Positions 45,698-54,692 of a stretch of 60,277 nucleotides of DNA are shown here, piece after piece; within the stretch, counting starts at the first letter, position 1; every line of letters starts with the position of its first letter. Source of the DNA: an uncultured Armatimonadia bacterium (GTDB lineage Bacteria > Armatimonadota > Zipacnadia > Zipacnadales > UBA5352); NCBI GenBank assembly GCA_964617715.1, contig CAZTZN010000006.1, positions 1 through 60,277 on the forward strand. Direction: 5' to 3'. The translations under genes were made by a program, and so were the position numbers. Under the pieces are notes generated by a model that was not told where the DNA came from, searched no databases, and worked only from the letters and a program-made list of their open reading frames with translations.

Positions 45698-48085
45698 TCA
45701 GCCGAAGATCGCGCGGCGCGCCCGACGCAGGCGCAGGGAGTTGCCGACCACCGAGACACTGCTGGCGGCCATGGCGGCGGCGGCGATCATGGGGCTCAGC
45801 ACGCCCGCAGCGGCCAGGGGGATCGCCGCCACGTTGTACACGAAGGACAGGACGAGGTTCTGGCGGATGTGCGCCAGCGACCGGCGGCTCAGCGCGATGG
45901 CGCGCGGCACGCCCAGCGGGTCGCCGCTCACGAGTGTCACCGCGCCCGCCTCGATGGCCACGTCGGTGCCGGTGCCGATGGCGATGCCCACGTCCGCCTG
46001 CGCCAGCGCGGGCGCGTCGTTGATGCCATCGCCCACCATCGCCACACACTCACCAGCCTCCTGCAATGCCCGGATGCGCTCGGTCTTCCGGTCGGGCAGG
46101 ACCTCCGCGAGCACGTCGTCGATGCCGAGTTCGTCGGCCACCGCCCGGGCCGTGCGCCTGTGATCGCCGGTGAGCAGGTAGACGCGCAGGCCCTGCGCGC
46201 GCAGCCGCGCCACCGCCTCGCGCGCGGTCGGCTTGACCGCATCCGCGAGCGCCAGCGCACCCGCGGCGCGACCGTCGAGGGCAACCACGAGCGCGGTGCG
46301 TCCTCGGGCTTCGATACCGGCAAGCGTCTCATCGAGCGCCGACAGGTCGATGCCGCGATCGACCATGAGCGCCGGCGAGCCCACCGCGACCGCGTGGCCG
46401 TCGATGCGCGCCGTCACGCCCCGACCGACGATCACCTCGAAGTCCGCCGCCTCGGGCAGGTCCAGGCGCTCCCGGCGTGCGTGCTCGACGATTGCGCGTG
46501 CGAGGGGGTGCTCGGAAGGGACTTCGGCGGCGGCCGCGAGGCGCAGCACCTCGTCCGCCACGTGGCCCGCGGCGGGGACGATGTCGGTGAGCGACGGATG
46601 ACCCTCCGTGAGGGTGCCGGTCTTGTCGAAGACGACCGCGGTGAGTCGCCCGGCGACCTCCAGTGCCGCCGCCTCGCGGATAAGGATGCCGTGCTCGGCG
46701 CCCATCCCCGTGCCGACGGTGACCGCGGTGGGCGTGGCGAGACCCAAAGCGCATGGGCAGGCGATAACCAGCACCGAGACCGCGGCAATCAGGGCCGGCT
46801 CGGCTCCGTGGCCGGTGACTACCCAGGCGACGACCGTGCCCAGCGCGATCAGGATGACCGCCGGGACGAAGTAGGCCGCGACGGTGTCGGCGATACGCTG
46901 GATGGGTGGCTTGGTACCCTGAGCCTCGCGGACCAGCCGCACGATCTGCTGCAGCGCGGTGTCGGCTCCTACGCGCGTGGCCTCGAAGCGGAAAGCGCCC
47001 GCCAGGTTCACCGTGCCGCCGATGACCTCGTCGCCCTCGGACTTCTCGACCGGCACGCTCTCGCCGGTGATCATCGACTCATCGACCGTTGAGTGGCCCG
47101 CGACCAGCATCCCATCGACGGGGATACGCTCCCCCGGGCGCACAAGGATCAGATCACCGACGGCCAGGCGCGAGGCCGAAACCGCCTGCTCCTCGCCGTT
47201 GCGGATGACCGTGGCCTCATCGGGCGCAAGCTGCACGAGCGCGCGGATGGCGTCGGAGGTGCGGCCGCGGGCGCGCGCCTCCAGCCAGCGGCCGAGGGTG
47301 ATGAGAGTGAGGATCATCGCGGCGCCGTCGAAGTACAGGTGCCCGGAGCCCCGCGCGAGGTTGTAGAGGCTGAGCAGGTAGGCGGCGGTCGAGCCCATCG
47401 CGATCAGCACGTCCATGGTGGCGCCGCCCGCCCGCAGGGCTCTGGCGGAGCCCACGTAGTACTGTCGGCCGAGGACGACCTGCACCGGCGTTGCCAGCGC
47501 CAGCAGCAGCCATTCGTGGCCGGGGAAGCGCAGCCACATGCTGATGACCAGGATGGGCAGCGACAGCACCACGCCGAGGACGACGAGTGAGGCCTGGCGA
47601 CGAGCCTCGTCCTCGCGCTCCGCCTGCGCGTCATCGACCACAGTGGCCTCGCGGGCCTCGTAGCCGAGTTCGCTCACGCGCGCGACAATGCGGTCCAGCC
47701 CGACCTCGCCGGGCATGTAAGTGACCTCGGCGCTCTCCTCGGCGAGGTTGACGGCGGCCGCGCGGATGCCGTCCAGGGCCTGAAGCCCCGTCTCGATGGC
47801 GCGCACGCAACCCGCGCAGTGCATGCCCGAGATCAGCAGGCGCACCGTCGCCTCGGCGTGCGCCGGTTGGGCGCCGTAGCCCGCCGCCTGCACGGCAGCG
47901 ACAAGGTCTTCGACCGAGAGGTCGTCCGGATCGTAGTCCACTGTGACGGTCTCAGCGGCCAGGTTGACCACTGCCCGGTGCACGCCCTGGAGATCGCCCA
48001 GCGCCCGCTCGATGCTGCCGGCGCAGCCCGCGCACCGCATTCCCGTAAGTTCGAGGACCGTCGTCTGTTTCGTCAGGATCATCAC
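45698..48085 (-). CDS. copA: Copper-translocating P1B-type ATPase with two N-terminal HMA domains
   Basis: GMRCAGC and GMHCAGC metal-binding domains, TGES, the CPC motif ([12 protein letters not shown]), DKTGTLT and [11 protein letters not shown] 48085 or ATG 48082 is the start. Confidence 0.93.
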   Translation of the reverse strand: MMILTKQTTVLELTGMRCAGCAGSIERALGDLQGVHRAVVNLAAETVTVDYDPDDLSVEDLVAAVQAAGYGAQPAHAEATVRLLISGMHCAGCVRAIETGLQALDGIRAAAVNLAEESAEVTYMPGEVGLDRIVARVSELGYEAREATVVDDAQAEREDEARRQASLVVLGVVLSLPILVISMWLRFPGHEWLLLALATPVQVVLGRQYYVGSARALRAGGATMDVLIAMGSTAAYLLSLYNLARGSGHLYFDGAAMILTLITLGRWLEARARGRTSDAIRALVQLAPDEATVIRNGEEQAVSASRLAVGDLILVRPGERIPVDGMLVAGHSTVDESMITGESVPVEKSEGDEVIGGTVNLAGAFRFEATRVGADTALQQIVRLVREAQGTKPPIQRIADTVAAYFVPAVILIALGTVVAWVVTGHGAEPALIAAVSVLVIACPCALGLATPTAVTVGTGMGAEHGILIREAAALEVAGRLTAVVFDKTGTLTEGHPSLTDIVPAAGHVADEVLRLAAAAEVPSEHPLARAIVEHARRERLDLPEAADFEVIVGRGVTARIDGHAVAVGSPALMVDRGIDLSALDETLAGIEARGRTALVVALDGRAAGALALADAVKPTAREAVARLRAQGLRVYLLTGDHRRTARAVADELGIDDVLAEVLPDRKTERIRALQEAGECVAMVGDGINDAPALAQADVGIAIGTGTDVAIEAGAVTLVSGDPLGVPRAIALSRRSLAHIRQNLVLSFVYNVAAIPLAAAGVLSPMIAAAAMAASSVSVVGNSLRLRRARRAIFG

Positions 48086-48347
48086 CTCTCACAGATCTCC
48101 GCCGGTCGAAATTCGCACTTGAAGCAATAACCCCTGCTTGTGGGCGGCGGGATCGTTCGCCGGTCATCACCAGCCAGAGCTTGTGAACGAGCGCACAGAC
48201 CTTCAACATGCGTACTTGGGCGCCCTACGGGCCGGTGAGTGCATCTACCGCCGCCGGATGGCGGTGGGCGAGGGCTGACCAAGGGGACATTGTGCAGTTA
48301 TGCGCAGATTGTAATGGGAATGGCGGGCGGATTTCCCGAGATTCTTC

Positions 48348-48376
48348 TTGACTTAAGTGCTCATTTGAGAAAAGAT
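48348..48376 (+). promoter_or_regulatory. Candidate promoter in an AT-rich patch (TTGACT-17-AAAGAT) ahead of the hydrogenase operon
   Basis: TTGACT at 48348-48353. The -10 element is weak (AAAGAT, or AAGATT with an 18-nt spacer). This is the only conspicuously AT-rich stretch of the window. It would give a leader of about 250 nt. Confidence 0.25.
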
Positions 48377-48633
48377 TAACGAAGTCAACTGTCGAGGAGC
48401 AGTCGCTTGCGGCGACGATGACGCGACAGTCGGTGAAGCCGGCATGAGGGCGGCTGAGGTCCCGTGATGTTGAGAGTGTGCCGGCTGTGCCGCATGACAA
48501 GTGTGGGGCGCTGCAGCGCCCGCGCGGGACGGAGGTCCCCGCATTTCTTCCAGGTGCGGATGGCGCAGCATCCCGGCCCCCGAGGGCGGATGTTGTGGCC
48601 GCCGCCATCGCCGTCGTACGGAGACATGAGTTC

Positions 48634-50472
48634 GTGAGCACCGACGGCCTCGGTTTCATCACATGTCCCCTGTGCGGCTGCGCGTGTGGGCTCAACCTGC
48701 TCGCTCAGCGCACCAGGCCCGACCAGCCTCTGTCGGTCACCGTGCTGCCCAGCGCGGCGCCGGGGTGGGGCGCGTCGGGGCTGTGCATGCGCGGGTGGCA
48801 GATCGGCGAGATCCTGCGCAGCCGTCGGCGCCTGCGCCACCCGATGGCGTGGCGGGAGGACGGCCAGCAGCGGGTGAGCTGGGACGAGGCGCTGGCGGAG
48901 GCGGCCCGGACTCTCAAGCGCCTGCGCGAGGAGGATCCGGCGGCGATCGGCGTGGTGCTCGGCGACAGCCTGAGCAACGAGGAGGCCTTCGCGGCCCGGG
49001 AGTTCGCGGCCATGCTGGGCACGCCGAACGTGGCGTGCCTCGGGCTGGAGATCGACGCCCCGGCCATCCACGGGCTCGAGCAGACCCTGGGCGCGCCCTA
49101 CCGGGCCCCCGCGCCCGAGGAGCTTGACGGCGTTGATCTGTTCATCTGCGTGAACTCGAACTTCCAGCATATCAACCCGCGGGCGGCGGGCGCCATGGCG
49201 CGGCGCGTGCAGCAGGGCGCCGCGCGCATGGTGCTCATCGACGAAGTGGACCAGGGCCTCGCCGTGTGGAGTGAACGGTATGCGCGTCACCGGCCCGGGA
49301 CGCGCGCCGACGCACTGTCGCAGGTGGCGGCGGCGATGACAGATGAGGACGCAGGCGGGCCGCTGAGCCGAGAGGATGTGCGGGCGCTGTGCACCATGGT
49401 CGGCGACAGCCGGCGCGTGGCGCTGCTGGTGTCGGCGTCGGCCATCGGCGGCATCGAGGAGGCGCTGGCGGTCGGACGGCTGGCGCGGGCGCTGCGCGGC
49501 GAGGCACGCTGGGCAGGGACGTACCTGCTGACCTCGGGGGCCAATACCTTCGGCACGCTGGACATGCTGGCCACCGACGGGCGAGGGCCCGGCGGCATGA
49601 GCGGGATGCGCATGGTCGCGTCCGGGTCGGGCCTGCAGGCGCTGATCGTCATCGGCGACGACATGGGGCGGCTCTACGGGCCGACCGCGCTGGCGACCTT
49701 GCGACAGCGGCTAAGGTTCGGGATGGTGCTGTCCTCGTTCTCTTCGCCCAACACCGAACTCGCGGACCTGTCGTTGCCGGTGACGCTCAACGGCGAGCGC
49801 GAGGGCACCATCCGACGCCCCGATGGTCGTCTGTGGTGGGGCCAGGCGATGCTGGAGCCGGTGGGTAAGGCGCGTCGCGTCGAGGTGGTGCTGGACGCGC
49901 TTGCGGCCGCCCTGGGCGAGAGTCGGTGCTGGAGCGACTACGAGGCAATCTGGACGGCGATCCGTGAACGCGTGCCCGGGTACCGGCACGTAGAGCCCCA
50001 AGAGCTGCGCGCGGGAGAGCTGCCGGTCGTGGGCCTGGACGCGGTGGATGTCGCCACGGTGGTCGATTCGCGCATCTTGACTCAATCTCTGGCCGGCTGG
50101 GCCCAGACCGACGCGGCACACCCGTTTGTACTCGTCCCGAGATCGGGGCGCGGCGGATGGATCACCGACCCACGCTGCCAGGGCGCGCATCTGCTCCGGC
50201 GCGAAGCGACCATGTATCGCGAGCCCTATGTGATAATGTCGCAGGATGACGCACGGGCGATGAATGTACGTCAGGGGGGCAGAGTCAAGGTTTCGACGCA
50301 CCACGGTGTCGCGGTGGTCCGTGTACGCACTGACTCGGGCATTCCTCCCCAGGTGGCGGTACTGCCCACGGAGCATCCCGACACGGTTCGCAGGCTGGCC
50401 CGTGACGGCGAGGGCGGGAGGCTGCCCACCGACCCGATGGCCGGAGCTGTCGAGCCGGCTGAAACACGCTGA
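48634..50472 (+). CDS. Molybdopterin-oxidoreductase (MopB) family, FdhH-like subunit lacking the catalytic (Se)Cys-His
   Basis: GTG 48634 lies 9 nt after GGAGA. N-terminal 4Fe-4S motif CPLCGCAC..(32)..LCMRG. C-terminal molybdopterin-binding barrel-like PYVIMSQDDARAMNVRQGGRVKV. The active-site segment reads GLEIDAPAIHGL. Confidence 0.8.
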   Translation: MSTDGLGFITCPLCGCACGLNLLAQRTRPDQPLSVTVLPSAAPGWGASGLCMRGWQIGEILRSRRRLRHPMAWREDGQQRVSWDEALAEAARTLKRLREEDPAAIGVVLGDSLSNEEAFAAREFAAMLGTPNVACLGLEIDAPAIHGLEQTLGAPYRAPAPEELDGVDLFICVNSNFQHINPRAAGAMARRVQQGAARMVLIDEVDQGLAVWSERYARHRPGTRADALSQVAAAMTDEDAGGPLSREDVRALCTMVGDSRRVALLVSASAIGGIEEALAVGRLARALRGEARWAGTYLLTSGANTFGTLDMLATDGRGPGGMSGMRMVASGSGLQALIVIGDDMGRLYGPTALATLRQRLRFGMVLSSFSSPNTELADLSLPVTLNGEREGTIRRPDGRLWWGQAMLEPVGKARRVEVVLDALAAALGESRCWSDYEAIWTAIRERVPGYRHVEPQELRAGELPVVGLDAVDVATVVDSRILTQSLAGWAQTDAAHPFVLVPRSGRGGWITDPRCQGAHLLRREATMYREPYVIMSQDDARAMNVRQGGRVKVSTHHGVAVVRVRTDSGIPPQVAVLPTEHPDTVRRLARDGEGGRLPTDPMAGAVEPAETR

Positions 50473-50585
50473 GATTCAGGGTGCAGATGAGAGCCCTTTC
50501 GCGGGGGACGACGGAGAACATGACGATCGCGTAAGAACCACCCACTCCACCGGCCCGTGAGGGCCGGAAAAATGAGGCACAAACC

Positions 50586-51752
50586 GTGCACAATTTCACG
50601 AACTCCCGAACCGGTGATTGTGCAGTGTGTCACAAGGATCAGCAGACGCAAGCGTTGCGGGTGCTGGCCGGCGCGAACATCCGGCGCTTCATCAAGGTGC
50701 TGATGGGCGCCACAGATCACTTCATCGCGCCCATCCTGGGCCTGCACGACGACTTGATCTTCGCCGAGGCGCGCTCCGCTGAGGACGTGCAGCTCGATTA
50801 TACCAACTCGCTGATCTCGCCGGCGTGCTACGTGCTGCCTCAGCGCGAGGCGATACTCACCTACGCGATGGCCGAGGGCGCACCGCCGGCGGTGCGGGCG
50901 GCCGCGGCGCCCGAATCGCACATCCTCTTCGGTGTGCGGCCGTGCGATGTCGCGGCCATTGAATATCTCGACCGCTTCTTCCTGGGAGGCGAGTTCAGGG
51001 ACGACGTCTACGCCCGTCGGCGCGAGAACAAGACGATCGTGGCCATGGGCTGCACCGAGCCGCAGCACGACGCCTGCTGGTGCACCTGCTCCCATGCCGG
51101 ACCGGTGGCGTCCGGCGGCTACGACCTGCAGCTCACGCCGATCGGCGACGACTACCTGGTCGAGGTCGGCAGCGAGCGCGGCGCGGAGCTGGTCGAGCGG
51201 GCGGATGACCTGCTCACCGGCGAGGGCGCCCCGGAGCTGCTCGCGGAGCGCGAGCGGCTGGTCGAGGCCTCCTGGCACAAGTTCGGCCGCCAGGGCAATA
51301 TCGCGCAGGCCATGCGCTGGATCAGCGGCGACGATGCGCCGAAGGACCTGTGGCAGGAACTGGGCGCGAAATGCTTCGGCTGCGGGAGCTGCTCTCTGGT
51401 GTGTCCGGTATGCACCTGCTTCGACACCTACGAATACGTTGAGGACGGAGTCGGCGCGCGCATCCGCTGCTGGGACTCGTGCCACTTCCCGGGCTATTCG
51501 CTCGAGGCGAGCGGCTTCAATCCGCGTGAGACCGCGGCCGAGCGCATGTTCCACTACGCGCATCACAAGCTGTGCCGCGACACCTTCACCAAGTACGGCC
51601 GGCCCGGGTGCGTGGGCTGCGGCCGGTGTGTCCGGGTGTGTTCGGCCCAGATCGACCTGCCACAGATTGCGCAGATGGTGCGCGAGCGCGGCTGGCAGTG
51701 CCGCGACTGTCCGGCGCACGCGACCGCGCACGAAGGGGCGGGTGAGACCTGA
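50586..51752 (+). CDS. Poly-[4Fe-4S] protein of the AsrA / sulfhydrogenase beta (HydB) type
   Basis: GVRPCDVAAIEYLDRFF, CFGCGSCSLVCPVCTCFD and CVGCGRCVRVCSAQID. GTG start after TGAGG. Confidence 0.8.
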   Translation: MHNFTNSRTGDCAVCHKDQQTQALRVLAGANIRRFIKVLMGATDHFIAPILGLHDDLIFAEARSAEDVQLDYTNSLISPACYVLPQREAILTYAMAEGAPPAVRAAAAPESHILFGVRPCDVAAIEYLDRFFLGGEFRDDVYARRRENKTIVAMGCTEPQHDACWCTCSHAGPVASGGYDLQLTPIGDDYLVEVGSERGAELVERADDLLTGEGAPELLAERERLVEASWHKFGRQGNIAQAMRWISGDDAPKDLWQELGAKCFGCGSCSLVCPVCTCFDTYEYVEDGVGARIRCWDSCHFPGYSLEASGFNPRETAAERMFHYAHHKLCRDTFTKYGRPGCVGCGRCVRVCSAQIDLPQIAQMVRERGWQCRDCPAHATAHEGAGET

Positions 51753-52588
51753 TGGCATCGGCACAGGAACCGGGGCTCTATGTGCCGCGGTCGGTCGAGC
51801 TGGCCGAGGCGATCGAGGAGAACGCGCTCGAGAAGACCTTCGTGTTCGACCTGCTCGACGGCACGCCGATGGCCTACAACCCGGGGCAGTTCGTGCTGCT
51901 GACGGTGTTCGGAGCAGGCGAGGCGCCGTTCACACTGTGCAGCATGCCCGGCGAGGCGCCGCGGGTGCAGCTCACCGTGCGGCGCTACCCCGGCGGGCGT
52001 GTGACCGAGCTGCTGCATGGCATGAAGCCGGGCGCGCACGCGGGCGTTCGTGGACCGTTCGGGAACGGCTTTCCGATGGACAGGCTACGCGGGCGGGACG
52101 TGCTGGTGGTCGCCGGTGGGATCGGCATGGCGCCCCAGCGCGGGCTGATCGAGGCGATCCTGAACGAGCGCGATGCCTTCGGGAAGCTGACCGTCTTCTA
52201 CGGAATGGCCAATCCCGAGCAGATGCTCTACAAGGGCCTGATGGCGCAGTGGCTGGAGCGCGACGACCTCGACCTGCGCCTGACCATCGACCGTCCGCAC
52301 CCGGACTGGGACGGGCACGTGGGCCTGATCACCACGCTGTTTGAGGATTTCGAGGCCGATCCGGAGCGGCTGACGGTGACCATCGTGGGGCCACCGGTGA
52401 TGTATCCGTTCGTGGCGAAGGAGTGCGAGAAGCTGGGCGTCGCCGACGAGGACATCCTGGTATCGCTGGAACGGCGTATGTCCTGCGGTGTGGGCAAGTG
52501 CGGGCACTGTGCGATCAAGGGGCATTACGTCTGCATCGAAGGGCCGGTGTTCACGCTGGCTCAGTTCAAGGAGTTCGGCGAGGAATAG
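51752..52588 (+). CDS. FAD/NAD(P)-binding [2Fe-2S] oxidoreductase of the AsrB / sulfhydrogenase gamma (HydG) / PyrK type
   Basis: TGATG overlap with the upstream gene. PGQFVLL, RRYP (FAD), VVAGGIGMAP (NAD(P)) and a C-terminal CGVGKCGHC...C cluster motif. Confidence 0.85.
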   Translation: MASAQEPGLYVPRSVELAEAIEENALEKTFVFDLLDGTPMAYNPGQFVLLTVFGAGEAPFTLCSMPGEAPRVQLTVRRYPGGRVTELLHGMKPGAHAGVRGPFGNGFPMDRLRGRDVLVVAGGIGMAPQRGLIEAILNERDAFGKLTVFYGMANPEQMLYKGLMAQWLERDDLDLRLTIDRPHPDWDGHVGLITTLFEDFEADPERLTVTIVGPPVMYPFVAKECEKLGVADEDILVSLERRMSCGVGKCGHCAIKGHYVCIEGPVFTLAQFKEFGEE

Positions 52589-52649
52589 CCGGCACGTGGG
52601 ACGCGGCGCACGCGGACGCAGGTGACGTGAACCGAGTGGTGAGCAAAGC

Positions 52650-54689
52650 ATGATTGCACAGGCGACAACAGGCGTCGAGCTGATCTTCGGGACGCTGGCG
52701 GCGGGCACGGTTGTGGCCGTGCTGCTGGCGCGCTGGCCACGGCTGTGCGGTTGGGTGTGCGCGGCCTTCGTGGCGGCGGCGGCCGGCGCCTCCGGCTGGC
52801 TCGGCGCCACGGTCTTCGGCGCCGGCGAGGTAGAGCTGACCTTGGGCACGCTGGGCTCGCTGCGGTCGAGCCTGACCTTGCACTTCGCGCCCCTGAACAT
52901 GATCTTCGTGTGGTTGATTCTGGGCCTGGGGCTGCTCGCCAGCGTGTACAGCGTGCGCTACGTCGAGCACGTCGCCGCCACGGACGAGCGCGGCGCCACC
53001 AGTGCGGTGGTGCGCTACTGGCCGGCGATGCTGCTCTTCCTCGCCTCGATGATCGCGGCGGTGTGCGTCGCGGACATGCTGTTCTTCTTCCTGGCATGGA
53101 GCTTCATGCTGCTGCCCGCGTTCGCGCTCATCGTCCATGATGCGCGCAAGCCCGAGGTGCTGCGCGCCGGGCTCAAGTTCCTGGCGTTCTCCATCGTCGG
53201 CAATCTCGGCATTCTCGGCGCGGTCCTGATCCTCTACCACGCGGGCGGCGACTTCAGCTTCGCGACCGCGACCGCCACGATGAGCGCACTGCTGGCGAGT
53301 CGGCCATGGCTGGCGCATCTCGCCTTCGGCCTGCTGGCGCTGGGCTTTCTGACCAAGCTGGGCATCTGGCCGATGGGTGACTGGCTGCCCGATGCCCACC
53401 CGGCGGCGCCCTCACCGGTGAGCGCGCTGCTGTCGGGCGTGATGATCAAGCTGGGCGCCTACGACCTCGCCTACATGTCGATGTCGATGATGGCCGACCG
53501 GGGCGCCGGCACGGACGCGCTGATGGTGTGGGGGCTGAGCCTGGCGGCGCTGGGCGGGCTGAGCGTGCTCATGGGCGGCGCGGCCGCGGCGGCGAACAAT
53601 GACGCCAAGCGCCTGCTGGCCTACAGCTCGGTGGGGCAGTCGGGCTACATCCTCATGTGCCTGGGGCTGAGCATGGCCTTTGTGCGGATCAGCCCCGGGC
53701 TGGGGGGGCTGGCGTTCGTGGCGGCGATGGCCTTCATCATGGCCGATGGCGTGCACAAGAGCCTGCTCTTCCTCACCGCCGGGTCGGTGCTGCACGCGAC
53801 CGGGACCCGTGATCTGGTGCAGCTTGGCGGACTGGGCGAGCGCATGCCCACGACCACCGGCGCGGCCATCGCAGGCGCGCTGTCGGTGGGGGGCGTGCCG
53901 CTCAGTGCCGGGTTCATCGGCAAGTGGCTGCTCTTCCAGACGGTCGTGCTGGGCGCGGCGGTGACCCCGCTGGCGGCGGTCTATCTGCTGGTTATCGTGG
54001 TGGGCAGCATCCTGTCGCTGGCCTATGCGCTCAAGTACGTCGGCGCGGCCTATCTGGGCGCGCCGGCGGGTCGCATCGCCGAGGAGGCGAAGGAGGTACC
54101 CCTGGGGATGCGTGTGCCTCAGCTCGTGCTCGCGCTCGGCACGCTGGCGGCGGGCTTGTGGCCGGCGCTGATTGTGCGCCCCGCGCTGGCGGCGTGGCAG
54201 CACATGAGCGCGTCCATCCCGCCGCTGGCCGATGTCGGGGCGGGAGAGCTTCTGGTGGGGCCTGGCCCGTCGGGAATGATGGGCGGTTTCGTCCCCCCGG
54301 CGGTGCTGGCGCTGCTGGTCGTCGCGGGTCTGATCGCGCTGGGCCTGTCGCGGCTGGGAAGCGCGCCGACGCGCGAGGTCCCGAGCTGGCAGAGCGGCCT
54401 CTCGCTGCCGCCGGCGCACACCCGGCTGCCCGCGAGTGGCTGGTACTGGCCGTTCACCCCGGCGCTGCGTCGCGCCTATCGCGAAGTCCCGTTCCCGGGC
54501 GTGCCCGCGCCCGTGCCGGTGCATGCGGCCGAGAACTCGGCGGACGGATCGCCGGCCTCCCCGTTCGGGCGTGGCGCCGGCGTGTGGCTGGCGGAGTTCG
54601 TGCGGGGAGAGGTAAGACATCGCATCATCTGGCCGACCGCGGGAGCAGCGCTCGTCCTGCTCCTGCTGCTGGCGTTGTGGACGCACTGA
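52650..54689 (+). CDS. Hydrogenase membrane subunit, HycC/HyfB (NuoL/ND5 antiporter-like)
   Basis: 679 aa with about 16 TM helices. WLPDAHPAAPSPVSALLSGVMIKLG and LLAYSSVGQSGY are Mrp/NuoL-type signatures. Confidence 0.85.
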   Translation: MIAQATTGVELIFGTLAAGTVVAVLLARWPRLCGWVCAAFVAAAAGASGWLGATVFGAGEVELTLGTLGSLRSSLTLHFAPLNMIFVWLILGLGLLASVYSVRYVEHVAATDERGATSAVVRYWPAMLLFLASMIAAVCVADMLFFFLAWSFMLLPAFALIVHDARKPEVLRAGLKFLAFSIVGNLGILGAVLILYHAGGDFSFATATATMSALLASRPWLAHLAFGLLALGFLTKLGIWPMGDWLPDAHPAAPSPVSALLSGVMIKLGAYDLAYMSMSMMADRGAGTDALMVWGLSLAALGGLSVLMGGAAAAANNDAKRLLAYSSVGQSGYILMCLGLSMAFVRISPGLGGLAFVAAMAFIMADGVHKSLLFLTAGSVLHATGTRDLVQLGGLGERMPTTTGAAIAGALSVGGVPLSAGFIGKWLLFQTVVLGAAVTPLAAVYLLVIVVGSILSLAYALKYVGAAYLGAPAGRIAEEAKEVPLGMRVPQLVLALGTLAAGLWPALIVRPALAAWQHMSASIPPLADVGAGELLVGPGPSGMMGGFVPPAVLALLVVAGLIALGLSRLGSAPTREVPSWQSGLSLPPAHTRLPASGWYWPFTPALRRAYREVPFPGVPAPVPVHAAENSADGSPASPFGRGAGVWLAEFVRGEVRHRIIWPTAGAALVLLLLLALWTH

Positions 54690-54692
54690 GGG

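Noticed and set aside
45519-46049. N-terminal 177 codons of track ORF 43167-46049
   Set aside because: This Arg/Gly/His-rich junk overlaps the 3' end of copA. An internal ATG at 45518 with an AGGAGG ribosome-binding site begins the recognisable E1 alpha sequence.
48208-48351. 47-codon plus-strand ORF with a CADC motif, and minus-strand ORFs 48082-48282 and 48225-48695, in the copA-hydrogenase gap
   Set aside because: The plus-strand ORF has low GC3 with many A/T-ending codons, unlike real genes here. The minus-strand ORFs translate to Pro/Arg/Gly-rich sequences with no CsoR/CopZ/CueR features.
48390-48633. Molybdenum-cofactor or NiCo riboswitch in the hydrogenase leader
   Set aside because: Both are tempting given a MopB gene, a Ni enzyme downstream and a metal ATPase upstream. 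However, I could not match the conserved core sequences I remember for either class. Only generic GC hairpins are present. A covariance-model search is needed.
48634-50472. Selenocysteine-containing formate dehydrogenase H
   Set aside because: There is no in-frame TGA. The position aligned with Sec/Cys is Ile, and the adjacent His is Asp.
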